DNA from: Patescibacteria group bacterium | GTDB taxonomy: Bacteria > Patescibacteriota > Microgenomatia > UBA1400 > PJMF01 | DNA length: 64,000 nucleotides | NCBI GenBank assembly: GCA_016861205.1 | Contig: BOKX01000001.1 | Coordinates: 392,539-456,538 of the forward strand | Reading direction: 5' to 3' | In this document: positions 47,713-57,334 of the stretch, piece after piece | Position numbering within the stretch: the stretch's first letter is position 1 | Layout of the letters: each line of letters opens with the position of its first letter | Program-made: the position numbers and the translations under genes | The notes under the pieces: generated by a model | The model's database searches: none | Seen by the model: the letters and a program-made list of their open reading frames with translations, nothing else | What the model was told of the DNA's origin: nothing

Positions 47713-49076
47713 GACTCTGACCCTTTCAAAAATAAGCGCATTAGAGTGCGCGTCACTACCAAACCAGTGAACAAACTGATTACCACCCCAATCAGGAGCG
47801 TGATACCAAAGCCGCGAACCAAGCCGCTGGTGTTCAGAAACGGCCAATCGAGTGGATTAACCAAAATACTGGCTGTCAGCAAAGTCGCAACGTTGGCGTC
47901 TTTGATGCTATCCCAAGCTCGTCCAAATCCCAGCTGCATCGCTTGTGAAAAGGCCCGACCGCGCCGCAGCTCTTCTTTCAATCGTTCAAACACCAAAATG
48001 TTACTGTCGACTGCCATCCCAATTGACAGCAATAAGCCAGCTAAACCAGGTAATGTTAAGGTAATCCCCAGAATTTTGTAGGTAGCAATCGTCAACAAGG
48101 CATACACAACGAGTGCCATACAGGCCAAGAAACCTTGCCAGCCGTAAATGGCAATCATAAATACCATCACTAAACCAATCCCCAGTAAACCAGCTTGCAG
48201 ACTGGCTTTTACCGACTCAAACCCCAAACTCGCACCCAAATTTCGTTGTTCAAGGACGGTAATCGGGACAGGCAGTGCACCCGCGTTGAGTTGGATGGCC
48301 AGCTGCTGGGCTTCTGACAAACTGAACTGGCCGGTCATAACAGCACGACCGTCTAAAATCGGGGTATTGATAGTAGGCATGGCGATTGGAAAATCATCAA
48401 TAAAAATGGCCAACATTTCGCCTGTGTGGTCAGTCGTCAACTGCCCAAATAAATCGCGTCCAACTGCGTCGAACTCCAAACCGATTACTGGTTCGCCAGA
48501 TTGTGGGTCAAACTGGACCTGGGCTCGCTTTAAGTTTTGACCGGTCAAGCCTGTCGTTCGGAAACCTTCAATCCATGCAGTGGCTGAGTCACTTGCCACC
48601 GCCGCCTGACTTGCTGGCAAACGGAAATCAAGTTCTGCTGTCGTTCCGATCAGCTGTAAAGCTTGGTCAGGGTTCTGGACACCAGGTAACTCTACCAAAA
48701 TCCGGTAATCCTCACCTTGTTGCGCGGTTTGTACAACTGGCTCAGCTATACCAAACAAATCCACTCGACGCTTGAGAATTTCCCGTGCTGACGTCAATGC
48801 ATCTCCGCGGTCAGCCGGGTCTATTTTCGACATGTCAGCTTGCAAAACCACCTGCATGCCACCTTGAATATCTAAGCCTTGCTTCAAATTCCAGCTGGGT
48901 TGCCACTCCCAGTTTCCCAATTTTAAGTATGGCTGGGGACCCCGGATGGTAGTAGTAAATCGTCGACCAGCTACCGTGACATCGATTGGCCACTCTTTGG
49001 GTAGCGCGATTAAACTAGCGATCACACTGAGCGCACAAATAAATAAAAAGGTTTGCAGTGGTCTACTCTTTGACAT
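47709..49076 (-). CDS. secD: Protein translocase subunit SecD
   Basis: 455 aa with an N-terminal TM helix, a periplasmic domain and a C-terminal 6-TM region ('LDIQGGM', 'AIFIDDFPI'). Confidence 0.85.
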   Translation of the reverse strand: MSKSRPLQTFLFICALSVIASLIALPKEWPIDVTVAGRRFTTTIRGPQPYLKLGNWEWQPSWNLKQGLDIQGGMQVVLQADMSKIDPADRGDALTSAREILKRRVDLFGIAEPVVQTAQQGEDYRILVELPGVQNPDQALQLIGTTAELDFRLPASQAAVASDSATAWIEGFRTTGLTGQNLKRAQVQFDPQSGEPVIGLEFDAVGRDLFGQLTTDHTGEMLAIFIDDFPIAMPTINTPILDGRAVMTGQFSLSEAQQLAIQLNAGALPVPITVLEQRNLGASLGFESVKASLQAGLLGIGLVMVFMIAIYGWQGFLACMALVVYALLTIATYKILGITLTLPGLAGLLLSIGMAVDSNILVFERLKEELRRGRAFSQAMQLGFGRAWDSIKDANVATLLTASILVNPLDWPFLNTSGLVRGFGITLLIGVVISLFTGLVVTRTLMRLFLKGSES

Positions 49077-49081
49077 AGGTT

Positions 49082-49693
49082 CTAGGCAGGAGTAGTTAAA
49101 CCAGCAATTTGCCGGAACGTGAACTCATCTTCACTACCCACGATCATGACGCGGGTCCCGTATAAAATATCCATCACGAAGGGATCACGACGGGTTTTTC
49201 GGAACTCAAACTCTTCCGCCGAAAAGACGGCATAGTTGATTTCACGACCCAGTTTGGTTTCTTCTTCCTTGATCATGGCTTGAAGCTCAGGGAGTACCAC
49301 TTCACCAACAATCAGAATATCAACTTCATCTCCGCGTGGTCGCAAACCACGCACAAACCGACCTGAAAACATAACGTATTCAAGTGTACCAAGCTTGCTG
49401 CGATACTTGAGAATTTTACGACCCAAACCAGTGCTTTTTGCCACCATTTGTTGAAGTTCGGGATAGTACAGATAGCGATTATTGAGGAAGTAGTACAAAC
49501 GATTCCCGCGTTGTTCACACTTCAGCAATCCGTAGGCGATCATCCGATCCAGTTCGCGACGAACTGCGTTGATCTCTTCTTTAGTGGCTCGGGTTATCTC
49601 CCGAACATAGTACATCTCTTCTGGATGACCAAAAAACAACTCCATCAAGCGAGCTCGCACCCGGGACATCATGAAGTCTTGTAATGTACTCAT
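49082..49693 (-). CDS. Winged-helix transcriptional regulator fused to a minimal nucleotidyltransferase-like domain
   Basis: N-terminal 'YYVREITRATKEEINAVRRELDRMIAYGLL' wHTH. C-terminal 'FSGRFVRGLRPRGDEVDILIVGE' is like the MNT G[SG]..D.D motif. Confidence 0.4.
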   Translation of the reverse strand: MSTLQDFMMSRVRARLMELFFGHPEEMYYVREITRATKEEINAVRRELDRMIAYGLLKCEQRGNRLYYFLNNRYLYYPELQQMVAKSTGLGRKILKYRSKLGTLEYVMFSGRFVRGLRPRGDEVDILIVGEVVLPELQAMIKEEETKLGREINYAVFSAEEFEFRKTRRDPFVMDILYGTRVMIVGSEDEFTFRQIAGLTTPA

Positions 49694-49729
49694 ATCGACC
49701 TTACTTAGAAGTAGACAATCTGTACTCAG

Positions 49730-49758
49730 ATTCTACCCTGACTTTTTGACAAACACAA
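49730..49758 (-). promoter_or_regulatory. Putative promoter (TTGTGT-17-TAGAAT) for the wHTH-NTase gene
   Basis: On the minus strand, the -10 lies at 49730-49735 and the -35 at 49753-49758, about 35 nt upstream of the start at 49693. Confidence 0.3.
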
Positions 49759-49797
49759 TTCTCAGAGATCCAGAAGCCAATGAATAACCTCATTGAG

Positions 49798-51000
49798 CTA
49801 GTACTTAACTTCAGTCGTTTTGCCGACCACTGACACCCAAGTTAGACCGCGGTCGAGAACAACTGGCTTACCTTTCTCAGTAAACTGCAGTTCTGATTCA
49901 CGATCCTTCTTTGACCAGGTAGCTTTGATAACTTCACCATTCTTGAAAATCAGCGCATCACCGGTGCCGATCACCTCATACATCATGTGCTTCTTTTCAT
50001 TGAGCGGTCCTTTTTCGGTGGTCAACATTACAATCACGTTATTGGCTGCGATTTGCTTATCGTTGTTCAAGTCTGTGTGAACTTCACCGCCGTGCTTGCG
50101 CAAATACGTGTTGGTGTTGGGATCATAGGTCCACTCGACTGCGTAATCAGAGTAACCGCTCCAGAAGTCATAGGAGATGGTTTGGGCTTGCCCTTTGGCA
50201 CTGCCGTCTTCAAATGTCCAACCAGTGTAACCTTCTTTCCAGTCAGTCCCAGGGATAACTTTGCCGCCCTTACCTTTGAGACTTGGTGACAAGTTTGTCC
50301 AGCCACGCTTAGTTGCGACAGCCCAAAGTTTCTCGGTAGTAGTCACCATAGTATGCTCGGTAGCAATCTCTTTACCAGCAATGCGGTTGTAGTCTCGCAC
50401 AAATGTTGGATAACCGATCGAGAACTGATCCATGTCATTTTGTTGTGTCCAGCCATACTCTCGCAACTGGCCCAAAGCATTGGTCGGTCCATCGATGTTG
50501 GCTCCGCCTACGTGGACATACAGTGGCCGATTAAAACCAGAAGCTAAGTTGACATAGTATGTACGAGCAGACCGGATTGGAGCTAAGGTCGTGTCATAGG
50601 CTTGCACACCACAATAGAAAAAGGCCATAAAGCGGGTCACACCGCCCTCAGCCACTGCTTCAAACACAAGGTCTGCACTCGACAAACCTGATTGCGGTCG
50701 AGCATCAGGAGTGTTTTCGATCATAACAGCTAAAGGTCGTTTCTTTTCCCAGGCTGCCTTCTCAGTGGCTGTGTACATTTTGCCATTCAGAGGACAAACC
50801 TGATCTTTTGGCTCACCAGGGTTGATGGTTAATAAACTAGTTAAAGCTGATGTCTCACCTTCGCCTTCAGACCCGGTTTGCGTCACTTGCTCCATAGCAA
50901 CTTGCGAGGCGCGCTTACTCCAGAGACTCACACCTCCGTACGATACTAGGGCTGACGCCACGTACAAAATAAGCAGAAGCAGGAGTGTCTTTTTGGTCAT
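49798..51000 (-). CDS. Secreted DUF3048 (YerB-like) domain protein
   Basis: Signal peptide 'MTKKTLLLLLILYVASALVS' (start taken at M17), plus 'RPLAVMIENTPDARPQSGLSSADLVFEAVAEGGVTRFMAFF', which is characteristic of DUF3048. Confidence 0.55.
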   Translation of the reverse strand: MTKKTLLLLLILYVASALVSYGGVSLWSKRASQVAMEQVTQTGSEGEGETSALTSLLTINPGEPKDQVCPLNGKMYTATEKAAWEKKRPLAVMIENTPDARPQSGLSSADLVFEAVAEGGVTRFMAFFYCGVQAYDTTLAPIRSARTYYVNLASGFNRPLYVHVGGANIDGPTNALGQLREYGWTQQNDMDQFSIGYPTFVRDYNRIAGKEIATEHTMVTTTEKLWAVATKRGWTNLSPSLKGKGGKVIPGTDWKEGYTGWTFEDGSAKGQAQTISYDFWSGYSDYAVEWTYDPNTNTYLRKHGGEVHTDLNNDKQIAANNVIVMLTTEKGPLNEKKHMMYEVIGTGDALIFKNGEVIKATWSKKDRESELQFTEKGKPVVLDRGLTWVSVVGKTTEVKY

Positions 51001-51061
51001 GATTAGTTCGCTTTCAACCCGATAGTTGTACCACGATTTACTACTCAACTACAAGCAACGA

Positions 51062-51328
51062 TTACGGTCGCCAAAGTGCAATCCCTACAATGATAACAAT
51101 AATTAGGGCTGTCAACAGCACGGTTTTCAGTAAGTCACGGTAAATCAAATTGACTGGGTAACCAAAGACTGACTGCATAGCCTGAGCTAGGTTGTGGCTA
51201 GCTTGAACAGGTGTTTGACTTGGGGCTGTGTGTTGGTCCGCACTGTGAATTACCACCGGACCGCTGCTTTGACGCCGAGCGGCCGCTTTGATTTTGGCGA
51301 GGCGAGTTCGATTACGAGCCATATACAA
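51062..51328 (-). CDS. Small membrane-anchored hypothetical protein
   Basis: 88 aa with a basic N-terminus and a C-terminal TM helix 'VLLTALIIVIIVGIALW'. It overlaps the rseP 3' end by 17 nt. Confidence 0.35.
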   Translation of the reverse strand: MYMARNRTRLAKIKAAARRQSSGPVVIHSADQHTAPSQTPVQASHNLAQAMQSVFGYPVNLIYRDLLKTVLLTALIIVIIVGIALWRP

Positions 51329-52427
51329 TCCTTACTACATCTCGCGCTGTCACAGCCAAGATTAGTCCAATTAAAACGATAAAACCACCGTAATGGATTT
51401 GAGCTTCCCAGTTGGCAAGTCTTTTTTTGCCAATCACTGGTTCAAGCAAAATAAATACTGCCCGACCACCATCGAGTGCGGGAATTGGCAACACATTCAT
51501 GATAGCGAGATTGACTGATAGCATACCCGCAAAGTACAGCATGGCTAGCCACCCCTGGCTGAAAACATTATTAACCTGGGCTTGGTGCACGATACCAACT
51601 GGCCCACTCAATTCCTTTGGTAACTGTCCACGAGTAAAACCTTCCACTACGGCCTGACGCAGCGCCATGAGCATGTCACCACCCAACTCCACCGCCTGTT
51701 GCAAACCGTACCAAGTACCTCGCAGCGGCATCTCGTACCATGGATAAAACTGTAACGTCACTGACTCGAAAGCGATGCCAATTGCTCCCTGCCCGGCTGG
51801 TGTTTGTTCCGGCGTCCGTGCGTACACCGTATAGTTTTGGACAAGTTCCTGGCATCCTTGGGCGGTACAACTGCCAGTTGTGGCTATGTGGATGTTTTGA
51901 CCTCGATGTGAGTTGATAAATTGAATAGCCGACTCAACACTCGGTTGGCTCACTGTTTCATCCCCGACGGTCAGAGCCACCAACTCGACGTTAGCTGGCA
52001 AGCCAGCTGTTGCAGCTGGCGACTCGGGCTGAACTAGGCCGATTCGGGCAGTTTTCAATGGGGTAGGAATACCCATAGTTGAAAAAACGACCGCAAAGGC
52101 GAGCACCCCAAACATAAAGTTGACCGCTGCACCAGCCAAGATCACCGCTAATCGTTGAGGGGCAGATTTTACTTGCAGTGATTTTTGAGACAACGTGGTT
52201 TCGCCGGGGACCGCATCTTCACCTTCCATCTTCACGAACCCACCAAAGGGAATCCAGTTGAGACTAAACAAAGTTCCCCACCATGTACCAAGCTTCAGAG
52301 CCCGAGGTGGATAACCAAGTCCAAACTCTTCCACTTTGACACCACACCACTTTGCTACCAGGTAGTGACCAAGTTCATGAATCACAACCAGGAACGATAA
52401 GATGATGATGAAGATAAGTGCAGACAT
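51312..52427 (-). CDS. rseP: Site-2 protease RseP (M50 zinc metalloprotease)
   Basis: Carries 'VVIHELGHYLVAKWCGV' HExxH in TM1, a PDZ region and 'LNLAIMNVLPIPALDGG' (the LDG motif). Confidence 0.85.
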   Translation of the reverse strand: MSALIFIIILSFLVVIHELGHYLVAKWCGVKVEEFGLGYPPRALKLGTWWGTLFSLNWIPFGGFVKMEGEDAVPGETTLSQKSLQVKSAPQRLAVILAGAAVNFMFGVLAFAVVFSTMGIPTPLKTARIGLVQPESPAATAGLPANVELVALTVGDETVSQPSVESAIQFINSHRGQNIHIATTGSCTAQGCQELVQNYTVYARTPEQTPAGQGAIGIAFESVTLQFYPWYEMPLRGTWYGLQQAVELGGDMLMALRQAVVEGFTRGQLPKELSGPVGIVHQAQVNNVFSQGWLAMLYFAGMLSVNLAIMNVLPIPALDGGRAVFILLEPVIGKKRLANWEAQIHYGGFIVLIGLILAVTARDVVRIVYGS

Positions 52428-52434
52428 GACAGAT

Positions 52435-52989
52435 TTAAATAGTCATCAGCTCGGCTTCTTTTTCGCTAGCCCAAGTGTCAAGCTCAGCCAAAGCTGCTTT
52501 GGTTTTAGTTTCCAACTGCTCTATCCAAGCCTTAATTTGGTCCTCACTGACCCCACTTTCAGACTTCATTTGTTCGATGTCCTTCTTGGTATCGGTTCTG
52601 ATTGTGCGAATCATAACGCGACCAGCCTCGATTTTTTGATGCAGGACTTTCACCAGTTCCTTGCGGCGCTCTTCAGTCAAAGCTGGTACGACGATGCGAA
52701 TCACTTGGCCATCCACAACTGGACTCAAGTTCAGCCCAGCACTAGCAATGGCCTTCTCAACGTTGGCTAGTAAACTTTTGTCCCAAGGAGTTACGATCAA
52801 CATGTGGGCATCTGGGGCACTTACATTGGCAACTTCGTGAATCTTGAGCTGCGTCCCATAGGCTTCAACAACAACTGGGTCCAGTAACTGAGTAGTAGCT
52901 CGACCGGTTCGCAAGGTACTTAGGTCCTGCCGAAGGTGAACCTTAGCTTTATCGACTTTTTGATCAAAGTCTGCAAATGAAAACATCAT
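52435..52989 (-). CDS. frr: Ribosome recycling factor
   Basis: 185 aa taken from 'MMFSFADFDQKVDKAKVHLRQDLSTLRTGRA', with an 'IRTIRTDTKKD' C-terminus. The ORF-track 36-aa N-terminal extension was rejected. Confidence 0.85.
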   Translation of the reverse strand: MMFSFADFDQKVDKAKVHLRQDLSTLRTGRATTQLLDPVVVEAYGTQLKIHEVANVSAPDAHMLIVTPWDKSLLANVEKAIASAGLNLSPVVDGQVIRIVVPALTEERRKELVKVLHQKIEAGRVMIRTIRTDTKKDIEQMKSESGVSEDQIKAWIEQLETKTKAALAELDTWASEKEAELMTI

Positions 52990-53114
52990 AGAACTCCTCT
53001 GTTGGCTAATTGTACCAGACTTTGTGTACCAGTTGCGGTCGTCGCTTGTTGCTCGAGACAAGGCCAGATGTATGATGAAACAGGCGTGAACTACCATGCT
53101 ATACTCAGCCGGTC

Positions 53115-53978
53115 ATGTGGATAACTGTTTTTCGTTCAACATTAATTGCCAGTTTGACTGACACACGGTTTTACCGGTGGCTGAGAACCCAGAAACTTCG
53201 GTTCAGTTGGCTGTTTTGGTTCACTGCCTATATTCTTGTGATCCTCCCGCTCGTCACACTGCAAGTCTGGTGGCGTTGGCTACCAGTTTGGGACGCACAG
53301 CTCGACAAAACCTTTCAAGAACTCGAGACTCGGTTCCCCTATGACCTTGAACTGAGTTGGGACACCCGACGCTTGAGCTTTAACCCGGTACAACCAGTCA
53401 CCCTTCCATATCCCGCGGCCGTGACCGTACCTCGATCCGGTGAGTACCCCTACACTCTCGCGTACCTGACCCCCAATGAACAACCACCTTGGGAACAAAG
53501 CAACTTGCCCAGTACTTGGGTCGTCATCACCCCACAGACCGCCTGGATTTACGACAGTACACAAACTTGGTCACAACTGTCATTGAGTGAGCTGCCTGGC
53601 ATGGATCAAGCGTGGGTACTCAACAAACAGACCCTTCCTGAGTGGATGACGGCCATCCGGCGAGAAGCAGCGGCGCTATCTTTCCAGTTGCGATGGCTAC
53701 TGCCGCTGGTTCTTGTGATCGGTCTGATGCTCGCTCGACTGTGGACTGCCCTGATTGTTGCAATTTTGATGTCAGTTTTAACCAGGTTTAACCATTGGCC
53801 ATGGAGTTTCCGACAGTTGTGGCAAGTGATGCTACATCTCATGGTCGCCGCTGAAATAACCGCGCAAGTTGCTAGTTTGCTCTATCAGGACTTACCATTC
53901 CAAATTTTTGGCTTGGTCCTGTGGTTGGGCAGCGGATACATTATCCTGAGCTCATTACGCCGACCTGTCAGTGTTTAG
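53115..53978 (+). CDS. Polytopic membrane protein, function unknown
   Basis: 287 aa with about 6 predicted TM helices. Confidence 0.4.
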   Translation: MWITVFRSTLIASLTDTRFYRWLRTQKLRFSWLFWFTAYILVILPLVTLQVWWRWLPVWDAQLDKTFQELETRFPYDLELSWDTRRLSFNPVQPVTLPYPAAVTVPRSGEYPYTLAYLTPNEQPPWEQSNLPSTWVVITPQTAWIYDSTQTWSQLSLSELPGMDQAWVLNKQTLPEWMTAIRREAAALSFQLRWLLPLVLVIGLMLARLWTALIVAILMSVLTRFNHWPWSFRQLWQVMLHLMVAAEITAQVASLLYQDLPFQIFGLVLWLGSGYIILSSLRRPVSV

Positions 53979-54367
53979 CGTTGATTCCGGGGTAACTCGT
54001 CGAGACGAAGTTCCATGTCAACTTGAGGAAAACTGAGTGATTGGCGAGCTGGGTCAGCCGCTTCTAACTCGGTCTTGAGGGCCTGAATCCGAGCAGGCCA
54101 ACCAGATAGTGGAGTCGTAGAGGCAGTGGGCAGCGGTGTCTCTGATACTCGATTTGGAGTAGATCTTTGTCCTGATAGTAACCACATCATGGCACCTACC
54201 AACACCAAAACCAAACTGACACCCATACCAACAATGCCAAACAACTTCCGCTGCGTGGCTTTTTTTGCTTGCGCCTCGGCTTCTGTTATCGGCTGGTATA
54301 CCGACTCAAAAAGTGGTTCTTCAGCTCCAAACTCAGTCTGATGGTCGGGGACAAAATCTTGGTTCAT
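53975..54367 (-). CDS. Small single-TM hypothetical protein
   Basis: 130 aa with a central TM helix 'LFGIVGMGVSLVLVLVGAMMWLL'. Confidence 0.35.
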   Translation of the reverse strand: MNQDFVPDHQTEFGAEEPLFESVYQPITEAEAQAKKATQRKLFGIVGMGVSLVLVLVGAMMWLLSGQRSTPNRVSETPLPTASTTPLSGWPARIQALKTELEAADPARQSLSFPQVDMELRLDELPRNQR

Positions 54368-54378
54368 AAAACTTCCGG

Positions 54379-55266
54379 TCAGACACTGCCTTTAATCAAC
54401 TCTTCTAAGTACGATAAAACTTGAGACAACTGAGTAAAAGCTGGTGTTAAGTTTCTGACGACTTGGTTGAACGTCGAAGAGTTGTGTCGGCCAGCGTGTG
54501 ACACAAACTCAGTATCGACTTCGGTAAACAGACCTTGAGCGGTATCGAGCGCTCGGAATGTTTCGACAAAAGCCCGATCTCGCTCAGCTTGTCGCAATGG
54601 ATTAGTGGCATCTGCCGATGTGCTCTGTAACTCCATCGTCGCCGCATTCGTGCGATCGTAGACTACCCGCAATCGACCGATGCTCAGCAAACTCAGGACC
54701 CGGTAACTGACCTCTTCAACTCGCGGTCTTAAACTGACAAAACTCAGGACAGCACCAGCCAAATCATCTCGACTCTCAATGCGGTCAGCAATCTGGCCAT
54801 ACGTTTCCACATCAGCCGTAAGTTGGGTCAAGTCCTCGATAGCCTGCTCTTTTAAGCTCACTTCGATACCTTGAGCATCGCGGAGAGATAAGTCCAAAAT
54901 GTCAAAATAGGCTAGCAAAACTTCATTGCGAGCGACCAAAGCTACTCGGCCTGCCTTAACAGCAGTTTCTAGTGAGGCCAAAGTATTGAGCTGTTTGTAC
55001 TGCTGTTTGGCAATCGAAAACTCCCGTTCAGTCGTTAAGTACGTCGCGAACAACGCTCGATACGTGACTTTCTTGGCTTCAAGCTCAGCCTCAATGTCAG
55101 GTGCTTCGTTAATGTTTAATGCCTCATCTGTCAGCTGGGGCTCCGCAAACGTTTCGCCAGTCATAGGCGTCGCTGTCGGTTCTTGTGCCATCGCCATGGG
55201 GACCAGCATCGCAAAAGCGATGATGGTGACACTCAAGCCGATGAGCAGGTTTTTGGTCATGCGCAA
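54379..55266 (-). CDS. Secreted alpha-helical/coiled-coil hypothetical protein
   Basis: Signal peptide 'MRMTKNLLIGLSVTIIAFAMLVPMAMAQEP'. The rest is helical and low-complexity. Confidence 0.4.
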   Translation of the reverse strand: MRMTKNLLIGLSVTIIAFAMLVPMAMAQEPTATPMTGETFAEPQLTDEALNINEAPDIEAELEAKKVTYRALFATYLTTEREFSIAKQQYKQLNTLASLETAVKAGRVALVARNEVLLAYFDILDLSLRDAQGIEVSLKEQAIEDLTQLTADVETYGQIADRIESRDDLAGAVLSFVSLRPRVEEVSYRVLSLLSIGRLRVVYDRTNAATMELQSTSADATNPLRQAERDRAFVETFRALDTAQGLFTEVDTEFVSHAGRHNSSTFNQVVRNLTPAFTQLSQVLSYLEELIKGSV

Positions 55267-55268
55267 AT

Positions 55269-55985
55269 CTAGGCGGCGCGACTTCTGTCTCGCGCAAATA
55301 CAATGGCTTCAAATAGTGACTCAAATGTACCAGTGTCCAGCCATTTTCCTTCTACAAATGCTACATCTAAGCTACCTTCTTGCAGATAAACGTTATTGAG
55401 ATCAGTAATTTCTAGTTCACCGCGAGCTGATGGCTGGAGATTCTTCACTTTCTCCACCACAGTCGAGTCATAGATGTATAAACCGGTGACCGCATAGTTC
55501 GACTTTGGCTCAGTCGGCTTCTCCACGATCGACAGGGCCCGACGTTGATCATCAAACTCGACCACCCCAAACCGCTCTGGATCTGTCACTTCTTTGGCAA
55601 AAATACGACCACCAGACTTGAAACTGCGAATCGCATCACTGAAGTCATCTTCAAACAAGTTGTCACCTAAAATCAGCGTGACGCTGTCATTGCCGATAAA
55701 GTTTTGACCAATGATGAAAGCTTGGGCTAAACCGTCTGGTTTGTCCTGAATCTCATAGGTGAACTTGCATCCAAATTCTTGACCACTACCCAGCAACTTC
55801 AAGAAGTCACCTGCATGATCGGGGGCCACAATGATGAGAATGTCTTTGATACCAGCCTTGAGGAGTGTCTCAAGAGGATAAAAAATCATGGGTTTGTCGT
55901 AAATCGGCAACAACTGTTTACTGGTGACTTTTGTCAACGGTCGCAACCGAGTGCCTGAACCACCTGCCAGAATAATACCTTTCAT
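55269..55985 (-). CDS. rfbA: Glucose-1-phosphate thymidylyltransferase (short form)
   Basis: Carries '[38 protein letters not shown]', 'DGLAQAF', '[10 protein letters not shown]', '[16 protein letters not shown]' and '[11 protein letters not shown]', a near-collinear match to RmlA. 238 aa. Confidence 0.85.
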   Translation of the reverse strand: MKGIILAGGSGTRLRPLTKVTSKQLLPIYDKPMIFYPLETLLKAGIKDILIIVAPDHAGDFLKLLGSGQEFGCKFTYEIQDKPDGLAQAFIIGQNFIGNDSVTLILGDNLFEDDFSDAIRSFKSGGRIFAKEVTDPERFGVVEFDDQRRALSIVEKPTEPKSNYAVTGLYIYDSTVVEKVKNLQPSARGELEITDLNNVYLQEGSLDVAFVEGKWLDTGTFESLFEAIVFARDRSRAA

Positions 55986-56042
55986 AAATCTTTGGTCCTT
56001 TCACCATGTGACGTTAGTGTGAGTGTATCACACTGGTCACCA

Positions 56043-56300
56043 TTACAACGTCATTGCCAACAAACCGATACCGGCCAAACTGGCCACCCCTAAATACTCA
56101 TAAAAAACTTGCTTAGTGAGGGTTTGGGTCTTTACGTGCGTACTCACTCCCCACATCAGGTAAAACGCCGCCATAGCTATGCTCACTACTCGAAGCGGAC
56201 CGCGGTTTGGCCAGGCTCCTAAAAATAAAATAACAAAAGCCGCCAAACCTAACAGCAACGAGACATATGCCCACCGGTGTTTACGCAGTTCCAACCACAT
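56043..56300 (-). CDS. Small 2-3 TM membrane protein
   Basis: 85 aa, hydrophobic throughout. Confidence 0.35.
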   Translation of the reverse strand: MWLELRKHRWAYVSLLLGLAAFVILFLGAWPNRGPLRVVSIAMAAFYLMWGVSTHVKTQTLTKQVFYEYLGVASLAGIGLLAMTL

Positions 56301-57304
56301 TAGCCGATAATTCCTCCTCTAAATAAGAGTATCAAGAAACCCACCACAATCAAAAAAGTAATATGGCCGAAGTTATGACCAACCAAACGCATCGTCCGAC
56401 GGTGACCAATGACCGCCAAGTCATAGGTCAGTGTCAGTATGATCATCAAGATTACAGCCAGAAAGAAGACCTTTGTCAGTTGGAGTGGTGAGAAGAGGGG
56501 CGATCGCTCCAAAGAACCTTGTGGGACTAATGCTCGAGCTAAAACAGTAGGCGTTGGTACGAGCTGCGTGACTGGCGCTGGCCGACTCTCAACGGCTACT
56601 AACTGCTCCGCTTGGTCGGTCGCCGGTGCAACTGCAACTTGGTTCGCTTCGGCTGCCGGTAAGACAGTCGGCTGACGAGCCACGGTTTTGCTTGGCTGCC
56701 CAAACATTTGCACCACTAAAGTCGTTTCATAACCTTGCAACGTACCATCGATCACCGCCACTCCAATCTCGGTGTACTTGGGATTGACTACATTCGCTCG
56801 GTGCGTTGGCGAGTCCATCCACGCTTGAACCATATCCGAGGTAACTGAAAAGTCACGTGCTAGATTTTCGCCAGCAGCCTGGTACTCATACCCAGCCTCT
56901 TTCATAAATGCCCATGGCTCTTTGCCCACAGGTGAAGTGTGGGCCCAGTACTGTTGGCTAAACATATCCTGCCCTTTTTTAAGAGCGGCTGCGTTCAACT
57001 CCGCGTTGTAGGTCAGCGCTGGCAATCCTAGTCGGCGGCGTTCTTGATTGGTTTGTTCGATAACTTGTGTCGGTGTAATGTTTGAAGCGTATCCCAAAAC
57101 ACTACCTTGGCTCATCAAGGTTTGCAGTCGCAAACCTGCCAGGAATATAACCCCAAATGATAAGTACACCAGATAAGCCGCTGGGTGCAGTAATCGAGGT
57201 CGATGGTTGTTGGACCGCTGAGGGTGAAACAGGTGGGCCAACGTGGTCAATCGCATAGATAGATCATTATGCCCTAGAAAGTGAGTGGGACTCAAGTCTG
57301 ACAA
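56300..57304 (-). CDS. CAP/SCP (PR-1-like, YkwD-type) domain protein, membrane anchored
   Basis: Carries 'YNAELNAAALKKGQDMFSQQYWAHTSP...GENLARDF...MDSPTHRANVVNPKYTEIGVAV' CAP-domain motifs. There is an N-terminal TM helix and a C-terminal hydrophobic region. Confidence 0.65.
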   Translation of the reverse strand: MSDLSPTHFLGHNDLSMRLTTLAHLFHPQRSNNHRPRLLHPAAYLVYLSFGVIFLAGLRLQTLMSQGSVLGYASNITPTQVIEQTNQERRRLGLPALTYNAELNAAALKKGQDMFSQQYWAHTSPVGKEPWAFMKEAGYEYQAAGENLARDFSVTSDMVQAWMDSPTHRANVVNPKYTEIGVAVIDGTLQGYETTLVVQMFGQPSKTVARQPTVLPAAEANQVAVAPATDQAEQLVAVESRPAPVTQLVPTPTVLARALVPQGSLERSPLFSPLQLTKVFFLAVILMIILTLTYDLAVIGHRRTMRLVGHNFGHITFLIVVGFLILLFRGGIIG

Positions 57305-57334
57305 TTGGTTTTGGCTATGCTACGATGAATTTAT

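Noticed and set aside
46837-47847. Full-length ORF-track call for SecF (336 aa, N-terminal extension overlapping secD by 138 nt)
   Set aside because: An internal Met forms an ATGA stop/start overlap with secD and begins with the typical SecF N-terminus (MIDFMKFRW...). The 45-aa extension has no hydrophobic or signal character.
52990-53097. N-terminal 36-aa extension of frr in the ORF track
   Set aside because: RRF is about 185 aa and begins near 'MMFSFADFDQKVDKAKVH'. The extension is not RRF-like.
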